From Octopus bimaculoides (taxonomy: Eukaryota), in NCBI RefSeq assembly GCF_001194135.2, contig NC_068986.1:55910601-55965915 (forward strand): a stretch of DNA of 55,315 nt. The letters run 5' to 3'. Shown here one piece after another: positions 13,208-26,546 of this stretch (its first letter is position 1; every line of letters starts with the position of its first letter). Under the pieces are notes generated by a model. The model searched no databases. It was not told the origin of the DNA and worked only from the letters and a program-made list of their open reading frames with translations. The translations under genes were made by a program, and so were the position numbers.

Positions 13208-13584
13208 CTAATGGATTATGGAGTTTGGTTATAGATGAAAACAATGAAAGGGTAAAAATTTAAATAAGCAAGCATGTTAGTGTTGAAAACTTCAAATGTT
13301 AGTCAATATTGATATCATTTAAGAATAAGAAGAATTTATTAATATTATATATGGGCATAGATGTATGGTTAACAAGATCAGTTCACAACTTAGGAAAGTA
13401 TTTTCTACTATAGCTTTGGGTCAGTGAAGTTTGACACAAAAATTCAGCTGAAGATTCTGTTTTATACATACATACATATATATAATATATGCGAGTTGAA
13501 TGAAATATACAAGTGGGCTGAGAAGAATAGCTGTAGTTTGATACTGAAAAGTTTCAAGCCTTGTGCTATCAGAATGTGAAACTA

Positions 13585-14128
13585 AATACAATACCAATTA
13601 AATAGACTGGACCTGGAGGGATTGCAATCTCAGTGACAGGGTCAGTGTGAGATCTGGGCATTTACATAAGTAATGATGCATCCTTCCATGTGCATGCTGT
13701 TAAGTTGGCAATGAAATACAGGTGGCTGAGCAGGTGGATTCTTAGAAATTTTAGAACAAGAGACCAGGAAACCATGATGGTCCTCTGGCGAACTCTTGTC
13801 CTAAGGTGCTTTGACTACTGCTCCCAGAAATGGTCATCAACTAATGTAAACTTAATTGCAGAACTTGAGGCAATCCAATGTAGATACCAAAAGATAACCT
13901 CTATGCAGCATATAAAGTACTGGGAAAGACTCAAGAGATTGAGACTCTATTCCCTAGAGCATAAGCAGGAAATATGTCATAATATACATCTAGTGCTAGA
14001 ACAAGGCACCATGGCATACTGCCAAAGACTCAAATTTGCCATAAAGATATAACACAAGATATTGTAACAGCCTGGGCTTTAAAGGCCCACAGCTCTTCAA
14101 TATGCTCCCGAAGAACCTGAGAGACCTA
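13585..14128 (+). mobile_element. CR1/L2-type LINE 3' RT-thumb fragment (decayed)
   Basis: SVRDLGI...ILRNFRTRD...LWRTLVLRCFDYCSQKWS...LEAIQ...YWERLKRLRLYSLE motif chain (ORF-track 13690..14052). Confidence 0.8.
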
Positions 14129-14524
14129 CATGCTGGCATGTGTTGGACGGTTTGACTGACGTCTGGAGTGCCAGCGGGTGTGTCAGGCACCAATCTGATC
14201 TGGCAATGTTTCTAATGCTAACCACTCCAAGACTGTAGCAGGTGCTTTTTATGTGCCACCGGCACAGGAGCCAGTCAGGTGGGCTTCACCATCTGGAAAT
14301 ATTTTTATAAATTCATGTTCTAAGAAATTGCCTATAATTTCAATTACTGAAGTTTATTGAATTTTTTAAACTCCAAATTCTCGCAAATTTAAAAATTCAT
14401 TGCATTCACTGCATTCAGTTCTTCATAAATTTAAATATTCATTGCATTCACTGTGGAATAGTTTTAGATGTATAATAAAAAACACTATTAATTCAATGCA
14501 GGCAACATTTTACGTTTTTATTTG

Positions 14525-14960
14525 CCTTGAAAGAGTACCACTTTCAAGGCAAGGGTCATTGTGTAGTTTGATTTTGAATTCTCCTAGGCTTTGTTCAACA
14601 GAACTGTAACCATTTCCTACATCAAGAAGGTAATTGGCAAACTCTCTTACATTAGAATGATCTTCGGTAAGAAGTCTTAGATTGGTTGTCAACTCCACTA
14701 CTTCAACATGATCGCAAAAAAAAGATATCTTTTGTGTTACATCAACAATTTGTGACAACATTATTTTGAAGAAGAATATTCTCTCGAGATACCCTAACCA
14801 GTTGGTCATATGTAGCAGAAACAGAATCATATCTATGTCTCCGTGCATATTCAGGTATCTGTTTCAGTCGCTTTGCTCTGGTTTCATCTAATTCACTTGC
14901 TCGTCTTTCTCTCTGCTGTTGTGCCTTTGCTGCTAAATTTTCTTTTTCAGTCGCATATTA
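14525..14960 (-). pseudogene. Helitron Rep/Hel fragments (PIF1-like helicase piece plus R/E-rich N-terminal repeat piece)
   Basis: 14525-14760: VEVVELTTNLRLLTEDHSNVREFANYLLDVGNG (PIF1 helicase L..NmR...FA..LL.vG.G). ~14860-14950: QRERRASELDETRAKRLKQ, resembling Helitron N-terminal repeats. Confidence 0.7.
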
Positions 14961-15208
14961 TATATAAATGAAAGCTTGTTAAAAACTATCATGCTAGAAA
15001 TAGCAGTGATCACAGTTATTATTGTAAGGCTTATAGCATTCCAAGTAGCCATACCAACAAAATCACTTCCTCATTAAAAAAAAAATTATATCAGTATATT
15101 AAAGAATTTTCATTTTATCAAAAATATTAATTTAACGAGCTCTGGAAACCAATAATATTCTTGAAATTGTGCTTCATATCAAAGTTATACAGATGTTTTG
15201 TGTAATAT

Positions 15209-15612
15209 AAGCACAGGAGTGGCTGTGTGGTAAGTAGCCTGCTTACCAACCATGTGGTACCGGGTTCAGTCCCACTGCATGGCACCCTGGGCAAATATCT
15301 TCTATTGTAGCCTTGGGCCAACCAAAGGCTTGTGAGTGGATTTGGTAGACAGAAACTGAAAGGAGCCCATCTATATGTATATATATATATATGTGTGTAT
15401 ATGTTTGTGTGTCTGTGTTTGTCCCCCCCCCCCCATCATCGCTTGATAACCAATGTTGGTGTGTTTATATCCCCGTAACTTATCTGCTCGGCAAACAACA
15501 CCGATAGAATAAGTACCAGACTTACAAAGAATAAGTCCTAGGGTTGATTTGTTCAACTAAAGGCAGTGCTACAGCATGGCCGCAGTCAAATGACAGAAAC
15601 AAATAGAAGAAT
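15209..15612 (+). mobile_element. SINE family A
   Basis: Colinear with 7686-8100. Confidence 0.88.
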
Positions 15613-16224
15613 AGCATGCATTCTTTCAACACAAAATCAGTTAAAAATTATACTGATATATTAAAAAATTCTCATTTTATCAATAATATTCATTTAACAA
15701 ACTTCAGAAACTGGTAATATTCTTGAAATTGTGTCTCGTATCAAAGTTATATAACTATTATTAAATTATCATTAATGAAAATAGAGGTGAGCAAGAATGA
15801 GAGACTGTTACAAATAAAAACGTAAAATGTTGCCTGCAATGAATTTATAGTGTTTATTATAATAAATTTAAAACTACTCCACAGTGAATGCAATGAATAT
15901 CTAAATTTGCAAGAATTTGGAGTTAAAAACATTCAATAAACTTCAGTAATCGAAATTATAGGCAAATTCTTAGAATATGAATTTATAAAAATATTTCCAG
16001 ATGGTTAAGCCTTTAATATTGCTTTCTTTTAGTACCTTTAGTAATTGTTACATACCTAATTAATAAGCAGCTTTTTTCATTAGAGTATAGATAGTACACA
16101 ATTAGAAGAGATTTTGTGGCCCTTTCTAGCAGATAAAGTGACCACTTGGTGTGTGTGTGTGTGTGTGTGTGTTGCTTTCACTAGCATGCAGAAAGGCAGT
16201 GAAGGTAAATTCTGTTACACATAC

Positions 16225-16341
16225 CTGTTTTCCAATTGAAATAATTCATTGGACTTTTATCACTCCAAAGCCACAATCCTTCTTCCCTAAGATCATGAGC
16301 CCCAATCCAGAGAGTCACTGATTGCATGCTTTTGATTCGAC
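16225..16341 (-). CDS. Lectin exon K (CTLD-3): (G)RIKSMQSVTLWIGAHDLREEGLWLWSDKSPMNYFNWKT
   Basis: TTTTAAAG acceptor, G|GTATGT donor; 117 nt, phase 1 to 1; LWIGA.D..EG.W.WSD. Confidence 0.93.
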
Positions 16342-18406
16342 CTTTAAAATATAATTTATTTAAAATAACCATAAGGAAGATTTAAAGTATTAACCAAACC
16401 AACTTTTCCTATTTATCAGTCAAAGAAAGAAAACATAAACGGCTGCAGTATTAGAACTCTGGATAGCCAGCTGAGGAGTCAATCAGGAGCTTATCATAAT
16501 CAGTTGATGTGTTGTGTCAATAGTCAAGGCCTTTAACATCTAGCAGCTCAGATTACTTAGTTCTAAGCAGGTACCACAAGATGTCACCACCATTGTTGTG
16601 AGTACAGTTGTACTATAACATTTTGTTACGATGACATCCACAAAAGGTTTCAATAAATTATCATTAAAAAATTTCAAAACTTTCTCTTTTAAATTTTGTT
16701 TTTGTTTGCTCTGGATATTAATTGTTTAGTTTGCACTTTCTGTCCACTGGTGATTATAGATCATTGAAGTACTGACTTTGATACTTGAATAGGAAGTATT
16801 ACTCCTGACAATATGGTAGTCTATGTTAAAGGGATAATTGTCTTTCAACCACTACTTAATGCCACAGATACCAGAAATAAGCACTTGCCTGTTAGATCTT
16901 GAAGTAAACTCCAAATTTAAAACCTTTGCTTTGATTATCAGCAAATTTCTTAAACAACAGACCAATATTAGCAGACTGAATATTTTGGATATAAAGCATG
17001 GTGTAGGATCACAGACTACAATGAACATACTTGTAACTAGCTATGTCCACCAAGATGTAAACAAATATAAAAGAGAGACAGCTAACTGTTGTGTGTTCTA
17101 TATAACTGAGAAGTGTATCATTAGCTTAAATACTCCTTTGATCTGCTGAAAAACAAGGTATCAGGGAGGTTACATTTTTTTTCCTTTTTAATGTTTTTTC
17201 GCTTTCAGTTATTGGACAGTGGCCATATTGGGGTAACACCTTCAAGGTGGATTTAATTAATTCTAATCCTTTTTTATATTGACCTTGAAAACATAAAAGG
17301 CAAAGTGGACTTGGAATCGGGTGAATCTGAACTTTGAAAATAAGGGATATAACCAAATATTACAAACAATATTATCTGGCACTTACCTAATTTTACCATC
17401 TACCCTCCACAAGTTCCCAATAGCAGGAGTCCAAGACTCATTTTAAATTTCCATTTCTTTCTATTTTACTCAAGTTTTTGATTTTCATACTCCTAATGCT
17501 AATAACTGAACAAGCAAAAAGATCAAGTGGAAATCGTAATAGATGGCAAATTCATAGGTTTTGAAATCAAATCCACAGGAACCATTTTCTCATGTATTTA
17601 GGTTATACACTTCACTCTCACTTCTTTTGTTTGTTCAAATATTACATATTATATCTGCTGTACTATGGCAGTGTGATGCTCTACCTGGATGGAGATTTAT
17701 GTCCAAATCACTTAATCCACATACAAAAAAGAAAAGGTTATGTAAGTACCCTTAAAACTCCATCAGAGCTTAAAAATCATTAACATTTACGAGCAAGATT
17801 AAAGTTTTTAGATATAATTCTTAAAATAATAAGGTAAAAGTGAAATAAGAATAAGTGCATATGACGTTTTCTCCATTACCTCAACATTTTACCAACAAAC
17901 TCATACAATGCAAAGCAAAATATTAAAAAAATGCAGGAATTCCAAAGCTATAATGAAAATTTATTTAAGTGAGTATATTTCTTATGAAATATATGGCTTC
18001 TACATTTCCATTTATTTTGGAAATAGTCTAGAATTTCTGGAATTGAGAAGAATAACCAGCTTTATCATTCATTGATATATTAAGCTATTGTTAGAAATGC
18101 AACTTAACACAAGGTTATTATATAAAATTATTATATGAGATTTTAAATTAAATATGAACACTTAACGAAATGAAAGGTTTGGCGTTATAAAACTAGAGAT
18201 GATCTCAAGTGGATTGTTATCAAACTCAATTTCTTTATGAAAAAATTGAATTTTATTCTCGAGTGGGATGGTATTAAAAAAAATTAAAGAATATGATTAA
18301 AATAGACTTAACATTTTTTTTGACATTGTTTTTATTTGCGGAAAATTTTTTTTATCTCTTTTCTCATGAAGAAACAAGATTCTAAATTCCATACATTTTA
18401 CCATAC

Positions 18407-18574
18407 CTGCAATATAGAATTGTTCATGTAGACCAGTGATGCTTGCCAAATATCCACCATGATAGCTACATGAGAGTTGGGCATCAAACCAAGTCAATTG
18501 TTCATCAGAGAAATGGAAGCAAGTTTTACCAGTGGGGTCACTCTCCCATTCAGCACCACAGGCTGGATTAACAG
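18407..18574 (-). CDS. Lectin exon J (CTLD-3 N-part): VNPACGAEWESDPTGKTCFHFSDEQLTWFDAQLSCSYHGGYLASITGLHEQFYIA
   Basis: TTCAATAG acceptor, G|GTATGG donor; 168 nt, phase 1 to 1; inside ORF-track 18297..18614. Confidence 0.93.
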
Positions 18575-19269
18575 CTATTGAATTGAAGAAAAAAAAAATT
18601 TTAAATGCATACATAAAAAAAAGTTAAATTTTATAAGGTGTGACATCTGTAGACATCCACCCTTTTCCCTTTTATGGCTTCATGCCTGCTAACAACTAAT
18701 CACAATGGCCACCTGGCTTTGTTTTCAACTTACCATTTATACTGTGATGAATCTCCATATAATAATGTAGACAACTTGAAGATAATCAGACCTGAGGATT
18801 AGTTAAACAGGTTTTGTGCATGTTACAAATCATGTAAAATGCTTTGTTTAGTTATCAAATATATGTAGTCTTCATATACCTTTTATATTCCTAACATTAT
18901 CAGATATAATATATATATAATCATTAATACTGTATCTGTGTATGTGTATTTATGTACATGTATGTGTGTGTGTGCGTGTGTGATGGTGTGGCCCTTTTGA
19001 AGATAAACACAATGCCTTTTGAATTAAAAAAAACTTCCTTGTAGATGAAACAATCTTTGGCCTTCTTTGGAGCACATGAAGAGAGGTGTTTCCACTGCAT
19101 GGATTATCTCTTTCTCTAGCTCAAGCGAAGAACCCAATACTCATCCTTGCTTAGGAAATGTTCAAGGAAACCAACTGGATCTGCATCCAACAATGTCAGA
19201 TTTTCCTGTGATGTGATCAGCATGGTGCATTTTTTTTAAGGTGTCAGGAGATGTGGCATCCACCAAGTA

Positions 19270-19777
19270 GAAGCCTTTGCTATGTTAAGTTTATTGCACA
19301 GAGTATTCTCAACTCTCTTACGGAACATGCTAATAGCATTGGCTATTTGATTTATTATCATTTGTTTGTTGTCTACCACCATGTGGTGAACACAATGTTA
19401 ACTTTGGTAATGGGAGTTTCAGGACATACAGACCTCAGGTCATCTTCAAGACTCCCCCTTCCCCTCCTAAATTCAGTTGCCCACTTTTATACTGTTAATA
19501 AAACTGAAGCATCATCCCCTGATATAACAACCATGTCAACATAAATGTCATTGGGAGCTAAACCCTTCTTCTGCAGATACTTGATAACAGTACAATGCCA
19601 AATTTTTTCCATTTTCAAGAGAAGTGGCAACTAGTTAGTTTTGAAGTCTTCTTTGGACAGTCAGATGTCTGTTTATCTGGAAAGAAACAATGCGGTTATT
19701 AACAAGAAGAGCTGATATTAATGCATTCAAGATTTCACAGCTCTAGCATCACTTCATGAACTTTCAGCCCACCCTCG
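19270..19777 (-). mobile_element. Mariner/Tc1 5' remnant
   Basis: Terminus TA|CGAGGGTGGGCTGAAAGTTCAT at 19779-19777; ATG at 19612 gives MEKIWHCTVIKYLQKKGLAPNDIYVDMV...KWATEFRRGRGSLEDD, a mariner HTH region with stops. Confidence 0.85.
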
Positions 19778-19899
19778 TAGATCTGGGTGTACTGTTAGGT
19801 CATATTAGAGACATTGTCAAGACTAGTGGTCTTGTTTTGAAGTAATTGTAGGTGCTGTCATACTTAATGTGTGTGTGTGTGTGTACATTGTGGTGAGCC

Positions 19900-21150
19900 T
19901 GTTGGAGTGGAAGTAAATAGTTGAATGAAATTTATCAAGGGTGTGAAATGGCTATTAGATGCAAGGTGGGTTCAAAACATGGAATATTTCTCCCTGCGGG
20001 TGCTGCATACAGATTCATTAGGAGTAAGAAGTGGAGAAAAGGAGGATTTTTCAAAGTTGATTGTGATAATTTTAGTAGGGTACCAAAAGGACCAGCTTCA
20101 GTTTGTGAGCCAGGAGGGCTGGCAAGTTGTGTGATGCATGAAGAATTCTTTGTGATCCAGGTGATGATCTTACAGGAATAGTGGTGCTGGGTAAAAGTCA
20201 TCCAATGAGTAGGGGTGGGTGATTTTTAGTTAAGTGTTGTTTTTGTCTTCTTTGCTTCGACCTGCTTCAGTAACTATAAGTGAACCACTCTGGAAATTTG
20301 TTGCTGTGAGTTTTGGCTGCTTGTGGAACGGTGTGGGATATGGGATGACATGTCTATTGAGAGGGTGGCTTCAGCCATCCACCTAGCTGCTTTGGTGGGT
20401 GAGAAGTGAAGCTGAAGTACATGTGCTGCAACAGTTATTATACAACTGGCAGAGGTTCAATCAGTTATCAGACTTAGCTGAAGTACTACAAATGATGGTG
20501 GAGTCCCCTGTCTAATACTTGTGTGGTGAACAGTCATAATATGGCAAGTGGTCAGATAATCTGTTCAGTGCAGAGATAGTGGTTTGTGTGTCTGAGGACT
20601 AGTCAACAATTTGAATAGAGGATGAAGCTAGTTCATGTAAAGAGTCGGGGACTAGGAAAGATTTGGTTTCTACTCTGGCAGCATAGGTATAGGATGAGTG
20701 TAAGAGCCAAGAAGAGTTATAAGCATTGAGGTCACTGAGGACAATGACACAAGAGAGGTGTGGAGTGAGACAAATGTTCTCAATGCAGGAAGATGCATGG
20801 TTAAAGAGTTATTAATGGTTGGGGGAGTTGAGCAAGCAGTAGAGGAAGCAGATATAAATTGGAGGACAGGGAAAGAAAACTCTGAGTGGGAGTAAATATG
20901 TTCACATAAGCATCTTTCTGAGTGAAGACTGTATGAAGGATGAAGAGTGAAGAACAGAGATAGTGTAAAGATAAGGGTTGTGGAATTTGAATTTCAGACA
21001 GGGACAGGATATGCAGTTAATAAGACTTATCATATGTCAGGTTGGATGTTAAAAAAGAAGTTTGTTCAGCAGGTTTAGTTATATTTTTCAGCATCTAGGG
21101 AAGTATAGAGGATGTTGGTGCAGTGTGAGCTCACAGAAAGATGTCAGGCA
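19900..21150 (-). mobile_element. Old I/Jockey-type LINE, APE endonuclease region (heavily decayed)
   Basis: VIVLSDLNAYNSSWL (20748-20704, GDFNA-like) and LSDHLP (20559-20542, SDH motif) in the correct order; boundaries approximate. Confidence 0.55.
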
Positions 21151-21608
21151 CACAAAGATGAAGTGGTTTGAAAGCAAGTGACATGATGTGACTACTACTC
21201 CAAGAGAAGTGGGGAAAAGTGTCTGTACCATAGGCTACAATGATATTGGATAGATAATGACCAAGGTTCAAACAAAAGAAACAGACATTTGCTTTAATGT
21301 GCATGTGAATTTCTTTATGAGTTTGTATGTGTATGATTATATATATTATGTATGAACAACATGTGTGTGCAAGTGCATTAAATTGAGGATGTTATTTTAA
21401 AGCTTGTTTCAGAATAATAAATAACAGAACATTAAAGGATGGAATGACTAGTTGCTGAGAATAGTGTTTGATGCAAATTTTATGTTGTCTGACTGAATAT
21501 TCTGTCAGGCAAAATTTAAAGTCCCAGTCAACATGAACTTTACTATATGTCCCGCCCACGCTAGCATGGTAGAGGGACATTAAACGATGGTGATGATGAT
21601 GATGATGA

Positions 21609-21655
<47 letters not shown>

Positions 21656-21800
21656 GGAAACAGTGGCATAACAAGGCACCAATGTTTGCTGGAAGTAGCA
21701 GTCGATAACCATATGATGCTATGTAAAGCTTCACTGAATGCATAGAGGTAGAGATGTGTATGGGAAGCAAACATGAAAAATGTGTGTGTGTGTATATATA

Positions 21801-24800
21801 TCACCACCATCATCATTGCTTAACGTCTGTTTTCCATGCTGGCATAGGTTGGACGGTTTGACTGAGGGCTGGCAAGCCAGAAGACTGCACCAATCTCCAA
21901 TCTGATCTGGCAAAGTTTCTACAGCTGGATACCCTTCCTAATGCCAACCACTCCAAGAGCGTAATGGGCCAATGAGGTGGTACTGGCATCGGTCACGTTC
22001 AAATGGTACTTTTTACATGCCACCTACACAGGAGCCAGTCCGGCGGCGCTGGCAACAACCATGCTCAAATGGTGCTATTTTACATGTCAACGGCACGAGA
22101 GCCAGTCAGTGGCCCTGGCAATGATCATGCTTGAATGGTGCATCTAATGTTCCACTGGCATGGGTGCCAATCAAGCAACACTATCATCAGCCACGACAGC
22201 GATTTCACTTGTCTCAACAGGTCTTTGCAAGCATAATTTATTGTCCAATGATTGAAGGGTACTCTTAAATGAGCTGGTTATACAGCACCGGCATAGGCCA
22301 CAGTTATGGTCCAACTTGGCTAGCCGGTTCTTCTCAAGCACAGCATATCTCCAAAGGTCTCAGTCACTTGGCATTGCCTCGGTGAGGCCCAACGTTCGAA
22401 GGTCGCGCTTCACCACCTCATCCCACACTGCTAGGGTGTGACCCTTTTTCGAACAGCTGTCCTCACCCATTCACAACACATGACCATAACAGTGCAGTCG
22501 TCTCTCTTTCACACCACATTTAATGCTTCTTAAGTCCAACTTCTCTTTCAGGGCGCTTACACTCTGTTGTGTACGCACACTAACATTACACATCCAGCGG
22601 AGCATACTGGCTTCATTCCTTGCAAGCTTACGCATGTCCTCAGCAGTTATGACCGCTGTCTCACTGCCATGTAGCATAGCTGTTTCACACACATGCGTCA
22701 TACAGTGTACCTTTTACTCTGAGTGAGAGGCTCTTTGTCACCAGCAGAGGTAGCAGCTCTCTGAACTTTGCCCAGGCTATCCTTACTCTAGCAGCTACAC
22801 TTTCAGAGCATTCACCCCACCACCACTGACTTGGTCACCTAGGTAATAGAAGCTATCAACTACTTCTAGTTTTTTTCCCTGGAATGTGTCGGAAGCTGTT
22901 CTCTGCACGTTTTCGGTGTTTATTGCTCCTGAGCATTTGCCACACACAAAAACTATCTTCCCAGTTGGCCTTCCTTTGATATTGCTGCACCTCTTATGTG
23001 TCCATAGCTTACACTGGGTACATCTTATAGGAGTTTCTACCTACGCCTTTTCTACAGACCGAGCAGGGCCATCTACCTGAAGGGATTTGTGGTTGGTCTG
23101 CTTTTCTACTTATTAAGACTCTGGTTTTTGCTAGGTTGACTCTAAGGCCCTTCGATTCTAATCCTTGCTTCCACACCTGAAACTTCTCCTCTAGTTCTGA
23201 TAGTGACTCAGCAATTAGAGCAAGGTCATCAGCATAGAGAAGCTCCCAGGAGCATCCTGTCTTGAATTCCTGTTATTGCCTGGAGGACTACGATGAATAA
23301 GATGATCCTTGGTGAACCCCTACCCCTACCTGGAATTCTTCACTGTACTTGTCGCCAACCCTCACCTTACTGAAAGCATCCCTGTACATGGCTTGTACAG
23401 GTCTCACTAACCATTCATCTATCCCTAGTTACCTCATTGACCACCAGATAACGGATCGGTTTATCTTTAGCTAGGTATTTCTCCTGCCGCTGTCTTACCA
23501 GAAATATAGCATCAATGATGCTTTTCCCTGGCACAAACCGAAACTGCATCTCATCTAGACTGACTCTCTTCTTAATTAGATGGGCTATGACTCTCTCTAT
23601 TTCTTTCATTACCTGATCCAACAACTTGATACCTCTGTAATTATTTGTATCTCATGCATCACCTTTACCTTTGTAGCAGTTGACTATGGTGCTGCTACAC
23701 CAGTTATTGGGTATGATTCCTTCATGTATCACCTGGTTGACTATATGGGTGACTAGACTATAGCCAACACTGCCAGATATTTTAAGCATCTCTGCGGTGA
23801 TTCCTGATAGGCCAGGGGCTTTCCCAGTCTTCATATCCTTAATTGATTTATTTACCAAGGTACTGTCAATTAGGATGGCTGGTCGCCTCTGTTGGGTTGA
23901 CATTCGGCAGACTCTCTTTCTGCCATTCATTCTCTTCATTTAGCAACCTTCCATAGTGGCATCTCCAAATCTTTCTCTTTGCAGCCTCATTAAATGCAAG
24001 TGAGCCGTCATCCATGTGGACACATTTCTCTCCTATGACATCATGATCCTCTCTCATGCATTGTTTTGCAACACGAAACACCTCAAGTCTTTGGTCCTCA
24101 CGATGCAGTACATGGCAAATTTTTTCTTATCTGCTTCTCCTTTGGCTAAATAAACCTGTCTCCTAGCTTCCTTTCTGGCAATCTGATACAATTTCCTGCT
24201 TCCACCGTTCTTCCAGTCCTTCCATATCTGTTTTTCTTCCCTAATGGCCCTGTCAACTACATTGTTCCACCACCACGTTACCTTGGATTGAGAGGAGACT
24301 TTGCACCATCCACAGATCTGGTCAGTGGCCCTCAACAGGTAGTCCCGTAGAAACCTCCAGTTGTCTTTCACATCATGTGATGCTATATCCTCCTCTATTT
24401 CATCAAAAGCTCTGAGTAATATGTCTCTAAATCTCTGTCAATTTGCAGGATCATTAAGCTTCCAGACCCTTCTCCTCCTCGCTGGTCATCTTCTGGGTTT
24501 TGGCATTTATAAGTAGCTATCTTTCCCGTTTCCTGGTGCGGATGTAGTCAATTTGACTAGTGCATCTACTAGATTGGTAGGTGAATAGGTGACTAGCAGG
24601 TTTCCTGAAGTTAGTGTTACAAACCATAAGGTCATTTGCATCACAAAACTCCAGCAGCCTGGTACCCTCCTCATTGCAGGAACCAAAACCATAGCCTCCA
24701 TGTACACCATGGAAGCCCTCTGCATGTTGTCCAACATGCCCATTGAAGTCACCAGCCACAAAGAGAAGGTCCCTATCATTTGTCGACAAGGTAGTCTGCA

Positions 24801-25228
24801 AGAGGGTGTCATAAAATCTGTCTTTCTGTCCATCAGGTAGCCCCGGCTGAGGGGCATAGGCTGAGATGATGGTTGCTAATCCATGAAGCAACACTAATCT
24901 TAAGTATTCTATTGCAGACTCTGACTACCTTGATTACCTTATCAACTCATTTCTCCACAAGAAGTATACTCATTCCTCCAACCCCGTCAGTGTTCCCTAC
25001 CCAGAAAATCTTGTACCTGTGTTCTTTGCCTGTGAGGAACCTAGCAGAACCTCCTCTCCACCTTACTTCTTGGATGCAGCACAAATCTACAGATCTCCGT
25101 TCAAGCATCTCAACAATCTCACCAGACCTACCTTTCAGTTTGCCAACCCTGAGGGTGTGGGAGGTGTGAGCCTGTGAGACCCTGGGATGGGGGACAGCAG
25201 CGTCATGTACCTGTGGGAGCACCACGAA
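21801..25228 (-). mobile_element. Near-full-length decayed RTE-clade LINE (APE + RT pseudogene, long 3' UTR, (ATG)n tail)
   Basis: ORF pieces 24947..25225 (DLCCIQEVRWRG), 24517..24894 (SAYAPQ, GDFNGHVG, QIDYI), 23652..23939 (GKAPG, KGKGD), 23415..23624 (QFRFVPGKS.IDAIF), YADD-region near 23.2 kb, 22471..22701 (LHGSET...MLRWM); frameshifts and a short RT deletion near 23.45 kb. Confidence 0.92.
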
Positions 25229-26266
25229 ACAGCAGAAAACTCAAGTTGCTGGTGACAGAGAATATTATGATAATAGTGAGATAGAATTGGGCATTTGAAA
25301 AACCTTAACTAAAGCTGTAACCAAGAATTTTCAATCAGCCAATCTGTGACAAAAATAGCTAAATGAATGAATGAATAAGTGACAATAATAAATGAGTGTG
25401 AAAGTGAGGGGGAAAGAGAGAGAATTGGATTGAGTGAAAGGGATCTTAAGTGTGTCTTTTTTTTTAAACATACAGCATGGAAGACGAAACTATGTTTACA
25501 TAGGTAATGAAACAGATAGAATAATGAAATGAACTAATAAGCTAATTATGAGGATCTGCACTGAAAAAGAAGAATTAGAGATGCACAAGGTTGAAAGAAC
25601 AAGATTGCTTATCTGAACATCTTCTGGTTTTCTACTCTTTTGGTGAGGTGATTAAAATGAGGTAGAGGAATCTGAGTGAGCTAGTTTATGTAGGGTGGGG
25701 TGGGGGAGAAGAAGGTAAGTGTTGGGGAGGCAAGTGGTTATCGAGACAGAGACAGAGGGGGGGGAGGGGTGAGAGAGACCAGAGTTAGGCTGGTCAGAGA
25801 TAGAACATGAGGGAGAAAATATTTTGGGATTTAGGGTAACATAATTTAATGATACAGCAGAGACTAAGGCTGCCGGTGTCAGGGAATATTATGATAATAG
25901 TGAGATAGAATTGGGCATTTGAAAATTTTAACTATAGCTATAACCAAGAGTTTTCAGTCAGCCATTCTGTGACAGAATTAGATAAATGAATGAATAAGTG
26001 ACGATAATAAATGAGTGTGAAAGAGAGGGGGAAAGAGAGAGAATTGGATTGAGTGAAAGGAATCTTTAGTGTGTTTTTTTTAAAACATATAGCATGGAAG
26101 ATGAAAGTATGTTTACATAGGTAATGAAATAGATAGAATAATGAAATGAACTAATAAGCTAATTATGATGATCTGTGCTGAAAGAGAAGGATTAGAGATG
26201 TACAAGATTGAAAGAACAAGATTGCTTATCTGAACATCTTCTGGTTTTCTACTCTTTTGGTGAGGT
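25229..26266. repeat. Direct duplication, ~400-bp copies about 620 bp apart (25229-25649 and 25855-26266)
   Basis: Long shared blocks such as AATATTATGATAATAGTGAGATAGAATTGGGCATTTGAAAA (25261 and 25885) and GAACATCTTCTGGTTTTCTACTCTTTTGGTGAGGT. Confidence 0.92.
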
Positions 26267-26546
26267 TATATATATATATATACACACACACACACGTTTG
26301 TGTATGTGTGTGAGTGTGTGCGCCAATGATTTTGTAAGATGTAAAGATGTCTTCATTAATCTGTTTGATTTAGTACAAAAGAGATTACACAATTGCTTTT
26401 AATAATCCTACTTGACGTTCTTAAATAAACACTGCTGAAAGATGTAAAGAAAATTTTTCACTGACACTTCACTACCACCACCAGAATGCCCCATTCCACT
26501 CTATTGTTTTTGTAGGAGAGGGAAAAATAGAAGTGGTTGTACTCAC

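Larger units (their letters stand above)
14289..16004. mobile_element. Element with ~200-bp terminal inverted repeats (14289-14524 and 15811-16004), TTCA/TTAA flanks, carrying Helitron fragments and a SINE
   Basis: Left arm CCATCTGGAAATATTTTTATAAATTCAT...TACGTTTTTATTTG is the reverse complement of the right arm; the left arm has an extra ~40-nt internal duplication. Confidence 0.75.
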
